Both the position numbers and the translations under genes were made by a program. The notes below the pieces were generated by a model. That model was not told the origin of the DNA. It did no database searches and worked only from the letters and a program-made list of their open reading frames with translations. A stretch of DNA of 64,000 nt from an uncultured Spirochaetota bacterium (GTDB lineage: Bacteria > Spirochaetota > Spirochaetia > SZUA-6 > Fen-1364), in contig CAWJSK010000012.1 of assembly GCA_963845535.1 (NCBI GenBank), positions 672,001 through 736,000 on the forward strand. Direction: 5' to 3'. Positions 29,443 through 39,883 of this stretch are shown one piece after another; within the stretch, counting starts at the first letter, position 1, and each line of letters opens with the position of its first letter.

Positions 29443-29787
29443 ATGAATGCCGTTCATTCCGAATTGAATGGGATACAAGTACTCGAGATGCAATCCGAGG
29501 GCATAGTAGTCCGCAACGCGCGAGACGCGGCTGATCTTGCAAAGCAAGTTTTGGAGCGCGGGATCAAGAAACTTGTGCTCTATGAGAAGAACATTTGCCC
29601 AGAAATGTGGCAATTGTCAAACGGGCTCGCGGTCGCGATTTTGAAAGAGTTTGCTGACGCTGCCGTGGATGTCGCTTTTGTAGGAGATTTTGGGCGGTAC
29701 AAGAGCAAGAGCTTTCAAGCGCTGGAAGCCCAGACGATTTTTGTAGACAACGTTGATTTGGCAAAAATGCGTCTCACGAAACACTAG
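29443..29787 (+). CDS. DUF4180-like small protein
   Basis: DAADL, LSNGLAVAILKEF, AFVGDFGRYKSKSF. Confidence 0.7.
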   Translation: MNAVHSELNGIQVLEMQSEGIVVRNARDAADLAKQVLERGIKKLVLYEKNICPEMWQLSNGLAVAILKEFADAAVDVAFVGDFGRYKSKSFQALEAQTIFVDNVDLAKMRLTKH

Positions 29788-29807
29788 AAGCTGCCGAGGA
29801 TTCTCCC

Positions 29808-30959
29808 GTGAATGATCTTCCCGTGATCTGCTGGACGGAATCCGGCCAGCGCAAGTCTGCCCCCTGGCGATCCGAGAGCGGTGTACATCCACATGAAAAT
29901 GTAGTCATCGCAGATGACAGCCTCAGCGCGGATGCAGCCTATCGCCTTGCCTCCAAAGGAACCGCTATTCTGTGGCGCGGAGATTTCAATAACGCCCGCG
30001 AGCTGCTGAAAGCGCTTTCGCGCCGTTTGGTGCGCAAGCCGCGCCGCATGGACAGGAAAGCCGCCACACGGAAGGCGCCGCTTGCGGAAGCGTTTCACCT
30101 GCTGCGGCAAACCCAGGAGCAGCGCGCGCGAATCTTGGGCATGCTGCTGGTGACGCTGGAGAGCGACTACCGCGTGCCTTTGCGGCGTGCGCCTGATGTG
30201 CAGCAGGCTTGTATCGAGGTATTCGGTCCCGGCGGGCAAGCTTCCGTCATTTCGTTGCGTGAGCTGCTGGGTTTGATTGGTGCTCATGAGTGGCGCAGAA
30301 AGGGTATGCTGATACCGGCGTTGGACAATCGTATTTACCCGCACTACGGCGTCTTTTCTCCAATTCGCGGTGAGTACGTGGAGCTGGTGGCAGAAGCGCC
30401 GTTACCCTCAAAGGAACTGGCTTTCGATATTGGCACAGGCACCGGCGTGCTGGCCGCCGTGTTGGCGCGCCGCGGCGTGGCGCGCGTTTTGGCAACTGAT
30501 CAGGACACGCGCGCGCTGGCATGCGCCAGTGAGAACATCGCACGGCTTGGGTTGGGCGGGCGGGTGGAAGTGGTGCACGCGGATTTGTTTCCAGAGGGCC
30601 GCGCCCCGCTTGTTGTCTGCAACCCGCCTTGGATTCCAGCGCGGCCGAGCTCTCCTCTGGAACGTTCGGTGTATGACCCGGACAGCCAAATGCTGATGGG
30701 ATTCCTCAACGGGCTGGCCGCGCACCTGGAGCCGGCTGGGGAAGGTTGGCTGATCCTTTCCGATATCGCGGAGCATTTGGGACTGCGCACACGAGATGAG
30801 TTGCTCGCGGCCATCGACGCGGCGGGACTACGAATGATGGGCAAGCTGGATGTACGTCCGTATCACCCCAGGACAAAGGACGTTGCTGACCCCCTGCACG
30901 AAGCCCGCGTGGCGGAGATCACCTCGCTCTGGCGGCTCGCGGCAGGGCCGGTAGCCTGA
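29808..30959 (+). CDS. SAM-dependent N-methyltransferase (HemK/RsmC-like, NPPW)
   Basis: GVFSPIR, DIGTGTGVLA, VCNPPW. Confidence 0.85.
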   Translation: MNDLPVICWTESGQRKSAPWRSESGVHPHENVVIADDSLSADAAYRLASKGTAILWRGDFNNARELLKALSRRLVRKPRRMDRKAATRKAPLAEAFHLLRQTQEQRARILGMLLVTLESDYRVPLRRAPDVQQACIEVFGPGGQASVISLRELLGLIGAHEWRRKGMLIPALDNRIYPHYGVFSPIRGEYVELVAEAPLPSKELAFDIGTGTGVLAAVLARRGVARVLATDQDTRALACASENIARLGLGGRVEVVHADLFPEGRAPLVVCNPPWIPARPSSPLERSVYDPDSQMLMGFLNGLAAHLEPAGEGWLILSDIAEHLGLRTRDELLAAIDAAGLRMMGKLDVRPYHPRTKDVADPLHEARVAEITSLWRLAAGPVA

Positions 30960-31005
30960 ATCTGCTTAGCCGCCGACCCGGGCGTGTACTCGCAAGTGAG
31001 CTCCG

Positions 31006-32985
31006 TTATCCTCCGTACGTCTCCTCATACTGATCACGCAGAGCGGCCACCACCGCAGGGTCCGCCAGCGTGGTGACGTCTCCCAGCGTCCTGCCTTCCG
31101 CGATGTCGCGCAAGAGACGGCGCATGATTTTTCCAGAGCGAGTCTTGGGCAGGTCCCTGGTGAAAAGGATCTCTTCGGGCCGCGCAAGCGCGCCAATCTT
31201 CTTCACGACGTGCTGTTTCAACTCTTCGACAAGAGTGGCGCTCGTGGCGTGTCCGTTCTTCAGGCTCACAAAGGCAACAATCGCCTGGCCCTTCAGCTCG
31301 TGCGCCCGACCCACCACCGCCGCCTCCGCCACCGCGGGGTGGTCCACGAGCGCGGACTCCACTTCCATGGTGCCAATGCGGTGAGCGGAAACGTTGAGAA
31401 CGTCATCCACACGGCCCAGTATCATGAAGTTGCCTTTCTTGTCGCGCTTTGCTCCATCTCCCGGGAAATAGATCTTCTTGTCCCACTTGGAGAAATACGT
31501 TGTCACGTAACGCTCATCATCTCCCCAGACGGTGTGCAGCATGGAAGGCCAGGGATGCATGATTGCAAGGAGCCCGCTTCCCTCGGTCACCTCCTTGCCC
31601 GTCTCATCCAGGACCGTTGCGAAAATCCCCGGCAAGGGGGTGCCGGCGAACCCAGGTTTCATGGTCGATACCCCAGGCAGGCCGCTGATCATGATGGCGC
31701 CCGTTTCCGTCTGCCACCATGTGTCCACAACCGGACAGCGCCCTCCCCCGATCTTCTCGTGGTACCACATCCACGCCTCGGGGTTGATCGGCTCACCGAC
31801 GGTGCCCAGGAGACGGAGGCTCGAAAGGTCATGCCTGGCGGGCAGCTCGTCTCCCCACTTCATGAAGGAACGGATGGATGTGGGCGCGGTGTAGAACACG
31901 CTCACGCAGTGGCGCTCGATCAGCTCCCAGAACCGGTCCTTCTCCGGGAAATCAGGCGCGCCCTCGTAGATGAGGACGGTTGCCCCGTTCAGCAGCGGTC
32001 CATAGACCACGTAGCTGTGACCCGTGACCCATCCCACGTCCGCGGAGCACCAGAAGATATCCTCGTCCCTGAGGTCGAACACGTTGCGCGTGGTGGTCTG
32101 GACGCCCACGGCGTACCCGCCTGCCGTGTGGGCAATGCCTTTGGGTTTTCCCGTGGTGCCGGAAGTATAAAGGATGAAAAGAGTATCCTCGGCATCCATA
32201 GGGACCGCGGGGCAATCAGCCTTCTGATGGTCCATGAGCCTGTGGTACCAATGGTCCCGCCCCTCGTGGATGTGAAGGAGGTGCGGCTCGCCGGGGAGGT
32301 TCTTGACGATAATCACGTGCTGGACGGTTGGGCAGTTCTCCAGCGCACGGTCGGAGTTGTGCTTCAGGGGGACCACGCTGCCCCGGCGCCATCCTCCGTC
32401 CGCCGTGATGAGGACCTTGGCCTTGGAGTCGTTGATCCTGTCGGCAAGAGCGTCCGGTGAGAACCCTCCGAATACAACGTTGTGGATTGCCCCAATTCGG
32501 GCGCAGGCGAGCATCGCAACCGCGGTCTCCAGAAGGAGCGGCATGTAGATGGCCACGCGGTCTCCTTTTGTCACCCCGAGGTCCTTGAGGCAGTTGGCAA
32601 ACTTGCAGACTTCACGATGGAGCTGCTGGTAGGTCAACGTCCGCGTGTCGCCGTTTTCCGCCTCCCAGATCAGCGCCGCCTTGTTCCTGCGCGGGCCCTG
32701 CAGGTGGCGGTCCAGGCAGTTGTAGCTGAGGTTGAGCTGGCCGCCCACAAACCAGCGCGCGTGAGGCGGCTGCCAGTCCAGAACCTTGCTCCATGGCTTG
32801 AACCAGTGAAGCAGCCTGGCCTCGTTTTCCCAGTACTTCTCGGGATCCTTCTCCGCCTGCGCGTAGACGCCGCGGTCCTTCACGAGGGCCTTCTCGGCAA
32901 AGGAGGGCGGCGGCGGAAACTCTCTCTCCTCTCGAAGCAGATCGTCGAAAACAGAACGCTGCTCCTTGCGCATTTCCTGACCCAT
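31006..32985 (-). CDS. acs: Acetate--CoA ligase
   Basis: [51 protein letters not shown]. Confidence 0.96.
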   Translation of the reverse strand: MGQEMRKEQRSVFDDLLREEREFPPPPSFAEKALVKDRGVYAQAEKDPEKYWENEARLLHWFKPWSKVLDWQPPHARWFVGGQLNLSYNCLDRHLQGPRRNKAALIWEAENGDTRTLTYQQLHREVCKFANCLKDLGVTKGDRVAIYMPLLLETAVAMLACARIGAIHNVVFGGFSPDALADRINDSKAKVLITADGGWRRGSVVPLKHNSDRALENCPTVQHVIIVKNLPGEPHLLHIHEGRDHWYHRLMDHQKADCPAVPMDAEDTLFILYTSGTTGKPKGIAHTAGGYAVGVQTTTRNVFDLRDEDIFWCSADVGWVTGHSYVVYGPLLNGATVLIYEGAPDFPEKDRFWELIERHCVSVFYTAPTSIRSFMKWGDELPARHDLSSLRLLGTVGEPINPEAWMWYHEKIGGGRCPVVDTWWQTETGAIMISGLPGVSTMKPGFAGTPLPGIFATVLDETGKEVTEGSGLLAIMHPWPSMLHTVWGDDERYVTTYFSKWDKKIYFPGDGAKRDKKGNFMILGRVDDVLNVSAHRIGTMEVESALVDHPAVAEAAVVGRAHELKGQAIVAFVSLKNGHATSATLVEELKQHVVKKIGALARPEEILFTRDLPKTRSGKIMRRLLRDIAEGRTLGDVTTLADPAVVAALRDQYEETYGG

Positions 32986-33032
32986 GCCGTCACCCTCCTG
33001 TGCGCGGGCTCAAGGCCCGCCTTGCCGTCGAG

Positions 33033-33788
33033 CTACTTCATCCCCGGCGTGAACTTCTGGGGATCTACCATGTACCACACCTTGGCGACGCCCTGCCCCG
33101 TCGTTTCTCCACGCTTCGTGTCGCGGATGAAGTAATACAGCGGGTATCCTTTGAAAGTGATCTGCTTTGTGCCGTCGTCCCGCGTGATCGTCCCAAAATC
33201 AGATGCGCTCAACGCCGACGGAACCACGAAGGAATCCGCGCTGAAAGCCGGCCAGTTCTTGATGCAGTTGCCAGTGCACGCGCTCATCCCGCTCGAGTCC
33301 TTCGTAAAATAGTAGAGAGTCTTCCCGTCCCCGTCGGTGAGATAGTTGCCCATCTTCCCGGTGCCGACCATGACCGTATAGGGCGGGACTTTGAGGACGT
33401 ACCAGACTCCATGGACCCCCTCGCCGGTCATGTCCCCGGGCTTCTTGTCCTGGACCCAGTAGTACAGCGGCCACCCCTTGTACGTGGTCTGCATCGAGCC
33501 GTCCGTGCGGGCAACGGTGCTGAAGTCAGCCGCATTCAGGTCCGAGGACACTGTAAGGTCTCTCGCGTAGAAGACGGGCCACGCCTTTTCGCAAGGACCG
33601 TAACAGGCGCTTTTCCCGTCCGTGTCCATGGTGAAGTAGTACAAGGTCATGCCCTTGGAATCCGTCAGATGCTTCGTCCCGTCGCTTGCAGCCTGGACCT
33701 GGACGGCGGACATGTCCTGCGCCGAAACAAAGCCTGCGGCTGCAAGAAGCAAGAGAAGAACGAAAAGCCTTTGAACGATTCTGCTCAT
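33033..33788 (-). CDS. Secreted protein with four Lipoprotein_15 (COG4315) repeats
   Basis: Signal peptide; duplicated LTD.KG.TLYYFT.D...CxxxC...WP...RxDG..Q.T.KG.PLYY. Confidence 0.88.
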   Translation of the reverse strand: MSRIVQRLFVLLLLLAAAGFVSAQDMSAVQVQAASDGTKHLTDSKGMTLYYFTMDTDGKSACYGPCEKAWPVFYARDLTVSSDLNAADFSTVARTDGSMQTTYKGWPLYYWVQDKKPGDMTGEGVHGVWYVLKVPPYTVMVGTGKMGNYLTDGDGKTLYYFTKDSSGMSACTGNCIKNWPAFSADSFVVPSALSASDFGTITRDDGTKQITFKGYPLYYFIRDTKRGETTGQGVAKVWYMVDPQKFTPGMK

Positions 33789-33957
33789 CCTGCGCACCTC
33801 TCCTTTTTTGCGCGCCCTTTGTCAACGCGCGTGACAACGCACGTGCGTCTCCCGGCGTGATCACGCGGCGGCAACGCGCTGGCAACCACCCCTTTGCGGC
33901 GTCGCAATCTTCCGGGGCAAATTTAATTATCGCCAGCGTAATAGTCTACAAAAACGG

Positions 33958-34455
33958 TCAGGAATTAGGGGCAAAGTTGTCCACGGCGCCGAACAATCGG
34001 CTGTCGAGGGACAGCCGGCGGGAAGGAAAGGCGAGCATTGCGAAAGTCGGGATCCCCAAGGCCAGGTCACGAAGAAGGGTCCAGGGCCCCACCGGTGAGT
34101 TGGAAAGAGCGCCGAAGCATCCGCAATCGAGAGTCAAGCCACGAATAAGGGCCTGGATCTGAGCGGCCAGGAACACTGCAAAGAGAATTGTCCCGGCAAG
34201 CGCGGAGGCCCTGACAAAAAGGCCGGCGCCGAGGTACAGCCCGAGGAAAATCTCGAAGAACGGCAACATGTGCGCAAGCGGGGCGACCAGGATGGGGGGA
34301 AGCAATTCGTAACGGTCTACCTGCGCCGAAAACAGGACAAGGTCAGGCAGCTTTGAAGCGCCTGCAATGATCCAGATCACCGCGGCGGCCAATCGGAGTC
34401 CGAAGCCTATCCATGAGACGAGCGCGCGGGGGCCGCTGTCAGGAGCCTGCCGCAT
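33958..34455 (-). CDS. MauE/DoxX family membrane protein
   Basis: About 4 TM segments; AGASKL, LDCGCFG. Confidence 0.85.
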   Translation of the reverse strand: MRQAPDSGPRALVSWIGFGLRLAAAVIWIIAGASKLPDLVLFSAQVDRYELLPPILVAPLAHMLPFFEIFLGLYLGAGLFVRASALAGTILFAVFLAAQIQALIRGLTLDCGCFGALSNSPVGPWTLLRDLALGIPTFAMLAFPSRRLSLDSRLFGAVDNFAPNS

Positions 34456-35191
34456 CCTTCAGCTTCTCAAGGACAAGAGCGTCAGGTTGTTCATGATCCG
34501 CCCGCCACGAGATGCGGCCTTTCGGATTGATCACGTAGAAAGTCGGGAAGACAGCAATGCGATACTGAAGAGTAACGGGTCCGGTAGAGCCCTGGTGATA
34601 GTAACTGCCAGGCGTGCTGCCCGGGTCCATGAGCGCGGGGGTCGCCATCCCGTAGTAGGTGTCGAAGGCCAGCAGGCTGGCAGCGTCTTCGCTGTCCGCT
34701 ACCACCTGCAGCATGGTGAAGCTCGATGCCGGAAGCGTTGCCATGAGGCTTTTCAGATGCGGGGCTTCCGCCTGGCAGTGAGGGCACCAGGTGGCATAGA
34801 ACTCCAGCAGCACGGTCTTCCCCCGGAAGTCAGAGAGCCTGACTTTTTGACCAGCGGCGGACTCGAGGTTGAAGTCCGGGGCGGTGCTTCCAACCGCCAG
34901 AAGACTCGGGTTGTCCCCGTCATGGACGGCGTTAGCCGGCAATCCTTCCACCTTGCCGGTGTCGATCTCCCGCGTGGGCTGGAAATCGATTGCGCCTTCC
35001 GCGGGAACGGCTTGTGCCGCAGCCTGTGCCTGGGATGCGGCAACTGCCTGCGAAGAACCGTTCGCGACGCTGATGGCTATTCCGACCCCTGCAATAACCA
35101 CGGCAAGCGCAACCGTGCCGATAATTGCGATGCGCAGGGTCCTGGACCTGCCGTTCTGTTTGACGCCCGTAGGCTCGACTCTTTGACTCAT
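34439..35191 (-). CDS. Membrane-anchored TlpA/AhpC-TSA thiol-disulfide oxidoreductase
   Basis: N-terminal TM segment; APDFNL..LSDFRGK..FYATWCPHC; FPT cis-Pro. Confidence 0.87.
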   Translation of the reverse strand: MSQRVEPTGVKQNGRSRTLRIAIIGTVALAVVIAGVGIAISVANGSSQAVAASQAQAAAQAVPAEGAIDFQPTREIDTGKVEGLPANAVHDGDNPSLLAVGSTAPDFNLESAAGQKVRLSDFRGKTVLLEFYATWCPHCQAEAPHLKSLMATLPASSFTMLQVVADSEDAASLLAFDTYYGMATPALMDPGSTPGSYYHQGSTGPVTLQYRIAVFPTFYVINPKGRISWRADHEQPDALVLEKLKDAAGS

Positions 35192-35294
35192 GCCGCTGCC
35201 CTGATTGTGTTCAAAATAGCCATTCCCTGCCCCAGCGGCAAACCGAAGCAGACTGGCGCGGATGGGCTGACAGGACGGCCCAGAAAAATCCTTG

Positions 35295-35325
35295 TTGACT
35301 CTCCCCTTACGGGAGGGCCCACGGT
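35295..35325 (+). promoter_or_regulatory. MerR-type promoter (19-bp spacer) with BmrR-like operator
   Basis: TTGACT-CTCCCCTTACGGGAGGGCC-CACGGT; CTCCC/GGGAG dyad in the spacer. Confidence 0.75.
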
Positions 35326-35353
35326 CAGTGCATCTCACAATCGGGAGGTGCAT

Positions 35354-36409
35354 ATGAAGCGTCTTGGTCCCATCTGCGGCATCATAGCCGCGGCGGCGGT
35401 GCCGGCCATGCTCGCAGGCTGCGGCCCGAAAGGGTACGCGCCGGGCGCCCTGGAAAGCGATGCCGCGCGTGGAGTCATTTCCCTGGAAGCGGCAAAACCT
35501 CAGGGGTCCTTCTGGGAGGTGGAGCCCGGCATCAGGCTGTACTATTTCGAACGGGGAAAAGGCAAGCCCGTGCTCGTCCTGCACGGCGGTCCTGGCATCC
35601 CTTCGAATGACCCATGGCCGGGGCTCGTTCCGCTGGAGTCGAAAAACTCGTTCTTCTATTATCATGAGCGTGGATGCGGGAAATCCATGCGGCCAATTGA
35701 TCGATTCACGTCGAAGAGCTTCCCGCAGAACGTGGGTGCGCTGATCCATGCGCTCGGGATCGAGGCGCAGTTGGCGGACATCGAGCGGATCCGAAAGTCC
35801 CTTGGCCTGGACCGCCTCACCCTTGTCGGCCATTCATTCGGCGGGTTCGTTGCGGCGCTGTATGCGGCGGAGTTTCCGGACCGCGTTGAGAAGCTTGTGC
35901 TGGTGGCGCCGGCGGACCTCTTGCGTTTTCCTCCGCCTGACGGCGGCTTGTATGATCGCGTGAAGCGACTCCTGCCGGGGGCAAGCAAGCCGGCGTACCA
36001 GGCATGGCTTGGACGGTTCTTCGATTTCGGCTCGATATTCAGCAATAGTGAAGCGGACCTCGCGGTCCTGAATGCCGGCTTCTTCCCGTTCTGGTCCCAG
36101 GCGCAAGAAGCGCTGCAACCGACGCGGTGCGCAAACGCGGACACCGACCCGGCGCTCGTTGGGGGATGGGTCGAGCAGGCAGTGTTCTTTTCCCTGGGAC
36201 AGAAATACGACCACCGAACGGCGCTCCGACGAGTGAAAGCCCCTGTCCTCGTCCTCTCGGGAGACAGGGACCCGGCCGGCGCCGCCACAGTCCAGGACTA
36301 CCAGTCTTTCCCGAATGTCCGGTTCGAAACCCTTTCCGGCGCTGGACACTTCCTTCAGCAGGACACCACGGATTTCCCCAGGATTGTTGGCGACTTTCTG
36401 GGCGGTTAG
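35354..36409 (+). CDS. Lipoprotein alpha/beta hydrolase (proline iminopeptidase-like)
   Basis: GGAGG RBS; lipobox LAGC; HGGPG, GHSFGG, GDRD, AGHF. Confidence 0.88.
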   Translation: MKRLGPICGIIAAAAVPAMLAGCGPKGYAPGALESDAARGVISLEAAKPQGSFWEVEPGIRLYYFERGKGKPVLVLHGGPGIPSNDPWPGLVPLESKNSFFYYHERGCGKSMRPIDRFTSKSFPQNVGALIHALGIEAQLADIERIRKSLGLDRLTLVGHSFGGFVAALYAAEFPDRVEKLVLVAPADLLRFPPPDGGLYDRVKRLLPGASKPAYQAWLGRFFDFGSIFSNSEADLAVLNAGFFPFWSQAQEALQPTRCANADTDPALVGGWVEQAVFFSLGQKYDHRTALRRVKAPVLVLSGDRDPAGAATVQDYQSFPNVRFETLSGAGHFLQQDTTDFPRIVGDFLGG

Positions 36410-36418
36410 AATGCGCGC

Positions 36419-37225
36419 ATGGAATACACAATCGGTGAGCTCTCCCAGGCGTCGCGGCTGACGGTCAAAGCCCTGAGGTTCTACCATGAGCAGGGTCTCC
36501 TTGAGCCAGCCCGCGTGGATGGGGAAACCGGGTACCGCTACTACGATGACGGAAGTCTCTTCCGAGCGCAGGCCATCACGTGGCTTCGCGGCCTGGACTT
36601 CACGATTTCGGAAATCAAGGAGCTTCTTGCCAGCCCGGCCCAGGAGGACGGGGACCGGGCGGGGTTCCTTGCGCGCAAGGCAGAGGAGATCTCCCGCAAG
36701 GCCGAGCATTATCGAAAGGTCAAAAAGGAGATCGGCCTTTTCCTTGCTCATGAAAAGGAGATACAGATGCTGCAGGTGAAAGATACCGTTGAAGAAAAGA
36801 TGCTGGACGATGTTCTTATCGCGGGGCTGCGCTTTCGAGGAAAGTACGAAGACGTGGGCAAGCGCATGGCCGAGCTTGCAAGAAAGGTTGGACGCGTGAT
36901 TTCCGGCGGCGCCTTCTCACTGTACTGTGACGCAGAGTTCAAGGAGGAGGACGCCGACATCGAGGTAGCTTTCCCCGTGAAAAAGCCGGTCCGCGCGGAG
37001 AAGGTCGACTGCCGGATCCTCACGGGAGGACGCGCGGTGACCGTGATCCATCGGGGGCCTTACTCGGAGATCGGCCGATCGTACAAACGCGTGTTCAACT
37101 ATCTTGGTGAGAAAGGGCTCTCACCCGCCGCTCCCTCCCGCGAGGTGTACCTGAAGGGACCCGGCATGCTCTTTGCGGGGAACCCGAAGAAATACCTCAC
37201 TGAGCTGCGTGTCCTGGTGAAGTAG
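36419..37225 (+). CDS. MerR family regulator with GyrI-like ligand domain (BmrR-like)
   Basis: YTIGELS..TVKALRFY..GLL.P..TGYRYY; HRGPYSE, REVYLKGP. Confidence 0.92.
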   Translation: MEYTIGELSQASRLTVKALRFYHEQGLLEPARVDGETGYRYYDDGSLFRAQAITWLRGLDFTISEIKELLASPAQEDGDRAGFLARKAEEISRKAEHYRKVKKEIGLFLAHEKEIQMLQVKDTVEEKMLDDVLIAGLRFRGKYEDVGKRMAELARKVGRVISGGAFSLYCDAEFKEEDADIEVAFPVKKPVRAEKVDCRILTGGRAVTVIHRGPYSEIGRSYKRVFNYLGEKGLSPAAPSREVYLKGPGMLFAGNPKKYLTELRVLVK

Positions 37226-37372
37226 GCGGCCCGCCTTCCCCTACACCGTGGCTGCCGCTTGCGGCTCATGGTACGATTTTGCATTCGTGGCGCCCTGAGC
37301 CGCCGCCGCCCGAACAAAGTTGCGGCACGCGTCGAAAATCGTTAGGATGTCTGTAAACGATGTGGAGGCAGC

Positions 37373-38356
37373 ATGAATTATAGACTCCTGGGAAAAACTG
37401 GCATGAAAGTCTCCGAAGTCAGCTTCGGGACATGGGCAATCGGCTCGGCCTGGGGAAAGGTGGATGACAAAGAGTCCATGGCAGCGCTCAACAAGGCCGT
37501 GGACCTCGGCGTGAACTTCTTCGACACGGCTGACGTGTACGGTGACGGTCACAGCGAAAGACTTCTCAGTCAGCTCCTGAAAGACCGTTCTGAGAAGATC
37601 TACGTGGCCACCAAGGCCGGCCGCAGGCTGCAGCCGCACACGGCGGAGAAATACACGCCGCTCGCCATACGGAGGTTCGTGGAAGACAGCCTGAAACGGC
37701 TCCGCGTGGATGCCCTTGACCTCCTTCAGCTCCACTGCCCCCCTCGGGAGATCTACTACATGCCGGAGCTCTTCGCGAGCCTGGATGACCTGGCAAAGGC
37801 CGGCAAGCTCAAGAACTACGGGGTAAGCGTTGAAAAAGTGGAGGAAGCCCTCAAGGCCATCGAGTACCCGGGCGTCAAGACAGTGCAGATCATCTTCAAC
37901 ATGTTTCGACAAAGGCCCGCGGAGCTTTTCTTCCGGGAAGCGCGGGTGCGATGGATCGGGGTCCTGGCCCGTGTTCCGCTGGCAAGCGGGCTCCTGACCG
38001 GGAAGATGACGCGGACCACGAGGTTCCAGGCTGACGACCATCGCAACTTCAACAGGAAGGGCCAGGCGTTCGACCGCGGGGAGACATTCTCAGGGGTGGA
38101 CTACGTAAAGGGCCTCCAGGCGGTAGAGGAGTTGAAAAAGATCCTCCCTCGCGGCATGGCTTTGAGCCAGTTCGCGCTTCGCTGGATCCTCATGCATGAC
38201 GCCGTCACCTGCGTCATCCCGGGAGCAAAGACGCCGACGCAGGTGGAAGAGAACGCAAAAGCCGCCACCCTGCCGCGCCTGCCCCGAGGCGTCATGCGCC
38301 AGGTGGAGGAAATCTACAGCAAATACATTCGAGAGGACGTGCACGCCCGGTGGTAG
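37373..38356 (+). CDS. Aldo/keto reductase
   Basis: LGKTGMKVS, FDTADVYG, ATK, LQLH, PLASGLLTGK, IPGAK. Confidence 0.93.
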   Translation: MNYRLLGKTGMKVSEVSFGTWAIGSAWGKVDDKESMAALNKAVDLGVNFFDTADVYGDGHSERLLSQLLKDRSEKIYVATKAGRRLQPHTAEKYTPLAIRRFVEDSLKRLRVDALDLLQLHCPPREIYYMPELFASLDDLAKAGKLKNYGVSVEKVEEALKAIEYPGVKTVQIIFNMFRQRPAELFFREARVRWIGVLARVPLASGLLTGKMTRTTRFQADDHRNFNRKGQAFDRGETFSGVDYVKGLQAVEELKKILPRGMALSQFALRWILMHDAVTCVIPGAKTPTQVEENAKAATLPRLPRGVMRQVEEIYSKYIREDVHARW

Positions 38357-38366
38357 AATGAATAAC

Positions 38367-38834
38367 ATGAGAACAGGCCGCGTGCACAAACTGGCGTTCG
38401 CCGTCGTGGCGGCGCTCCTGGTTTCCTCATGCGCCAGCTTTCAGCGTGGGTGGGACCAGCACCATGTAGATATGGTTGCAGGCCTCATCAACGGAGGCCA
38501 GGGAGACAAGCTCGCGGCCATGAGCGCCACACCGTTCCTTGTGGACGGGGAGATCGTGGCCATGAAGCCGGATGTTGCCGCGTTCTGGAACGGCATCGTG
38601 AAGGCAGGCTTCAAGGTTGAGGGGGCCACGCTGACGGAAGGGAGCCCCATAACGGATGCGAGCTACAAGCAGTTCGCGGACACCATGGAGGTGAAATCCT
38701 TCTTCGCGCAATACGTGAAGAAAGACGCGAGGATCCTGGAGCTGCGCACGGCAACCTCGGGGGACCGCATCCTCCTGATCTTCAGGGACAACTGGAACAC
38801 AAACACGATCTACGGGTTCAAGGGGCCGTTCTGA
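38367..38834 (+). CDS. Hypothetical lipoprotein
   Basis: Lipobox LLVSSC; extended -10 TGGTAGAAT lies 7 nt before ATG 38367 (alternative ATG 38358). Confidence 0.7.
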   Translation: MRTGRVHKLAFAVVAALLVSSCASFQRGWDQHHVDMVAGLINGGQGDKLAAMSATPFLVDGEIVAMKPDVAAFWNGIVKAGFKVEGATLTEGSPITDASYKQFADTMEVKSFFAQYVKKDARILELRTATSGDRILLIFRDNWNTNTIYGFKGPF

Positions 38835-38836
38835 AC

Positions 38837-39852
38837 ATGAAGCAGACTATCCTGGTTGCTGGGTTGATCCTGGCGATTGCCGCCGCGGCACACGCAGCGC
38901 CCACGGACGTCACCTACACCGAAGGGGACGCCACCACGCGTTACCACAGCGGTGTGCAGCAGGACACTTCGGTGGGGGACGTGCTCAACACAGGAGACTC
39001 CGTAAAGACGGGGGATGACGGCCTGGTAGAGATGGACCAGAAAGGCGTGACCATCAAGGTCAGCCACGGCACTGTCTTCACGCTCATGGAAACGGCGCAG
39101 GGAAACCAGAACGCCCCTGTGCTCTCCGTTGCCCTGGGCTCCATCAAGTTCCGTTACGACAAGCTCACGGGGCAGGAACCCCTGGTCCGTACAAATGGGG
39201 CAGTCCTCGGCGTACGCGGCACGGAGTTCACCGTGTTCGCGGGAGCTGACGGCTCAACCCTGATCGCCGTGGACTCGGGCCAGGTAACAGTCCAGGCGGA
39301 AGGCCAGTCCGTGGAGCTTGCTTCCGCTGAAGGCGTGGAAGTGCCGCTGGGCAAGCCGCCAGGGGATAAGTTTGCGGTTCTAAAGCGACAGATCGACTAC
39401 CGCAAGTGGAACGATGACAAACTGAATACCATGCTCGCGGACCCGATTGCCGCAATGCAAAGCATTCGAGCAGGCGATGGACGGGTTACATTAAAAATGA
39501 TGATGACTATGCAACCTTTTCAACGACGTATAGTGCGAGGCTGAAAAAAGAGAGAAACAATATGGTGGAGAATCACACAAGGAGAAAGGGGGCAGACGAA
39601 GGCAGAAAGTACGAGGAAGAAAATGTAACTCCTTTGGCGGACAAATCGTTTATTCTTGGAGTGAACTTGCGCTTCTCAGCGCTTGCTGCCCTTTCGCTGC
39701 GTCGGTTCGTTGGTGGGCGGCTGTATGTCTTCCTGAAAGCGCACTACATTACTCATCCGAACGACGGAGTGTACCAAGAGTTCCTGAAACAGTTTGAGGC
39801 CTTCCTGGACGAATTTCGAGGGGTCGATTGTCCCTTATCTGGTCAAGGCTGA
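38837..39852 (+). CDS. FecR-domain exported protein; C-terminal part broken by several frameshifts (39460-39600 and near 39815)
   Basis: Signal peptide; GDSVKTGDDG, TNGAVLGVRGTEF, VDSGQVTV. The helical C-terminus continues in ORF 39562..39852. Confidence 0.72.
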
Positions 39853-39883
39853 TATATGAGCTTTACAATACGGAGGAACGTCT

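Noticed and set aside
34367..35833. Apparent 680-aa and 464-aa overlapping proteins
   Set aside because: The extensions are the antisense of the divergent neighbour; starts at 35354 (RBS, lipobox) and 35191 fit better.
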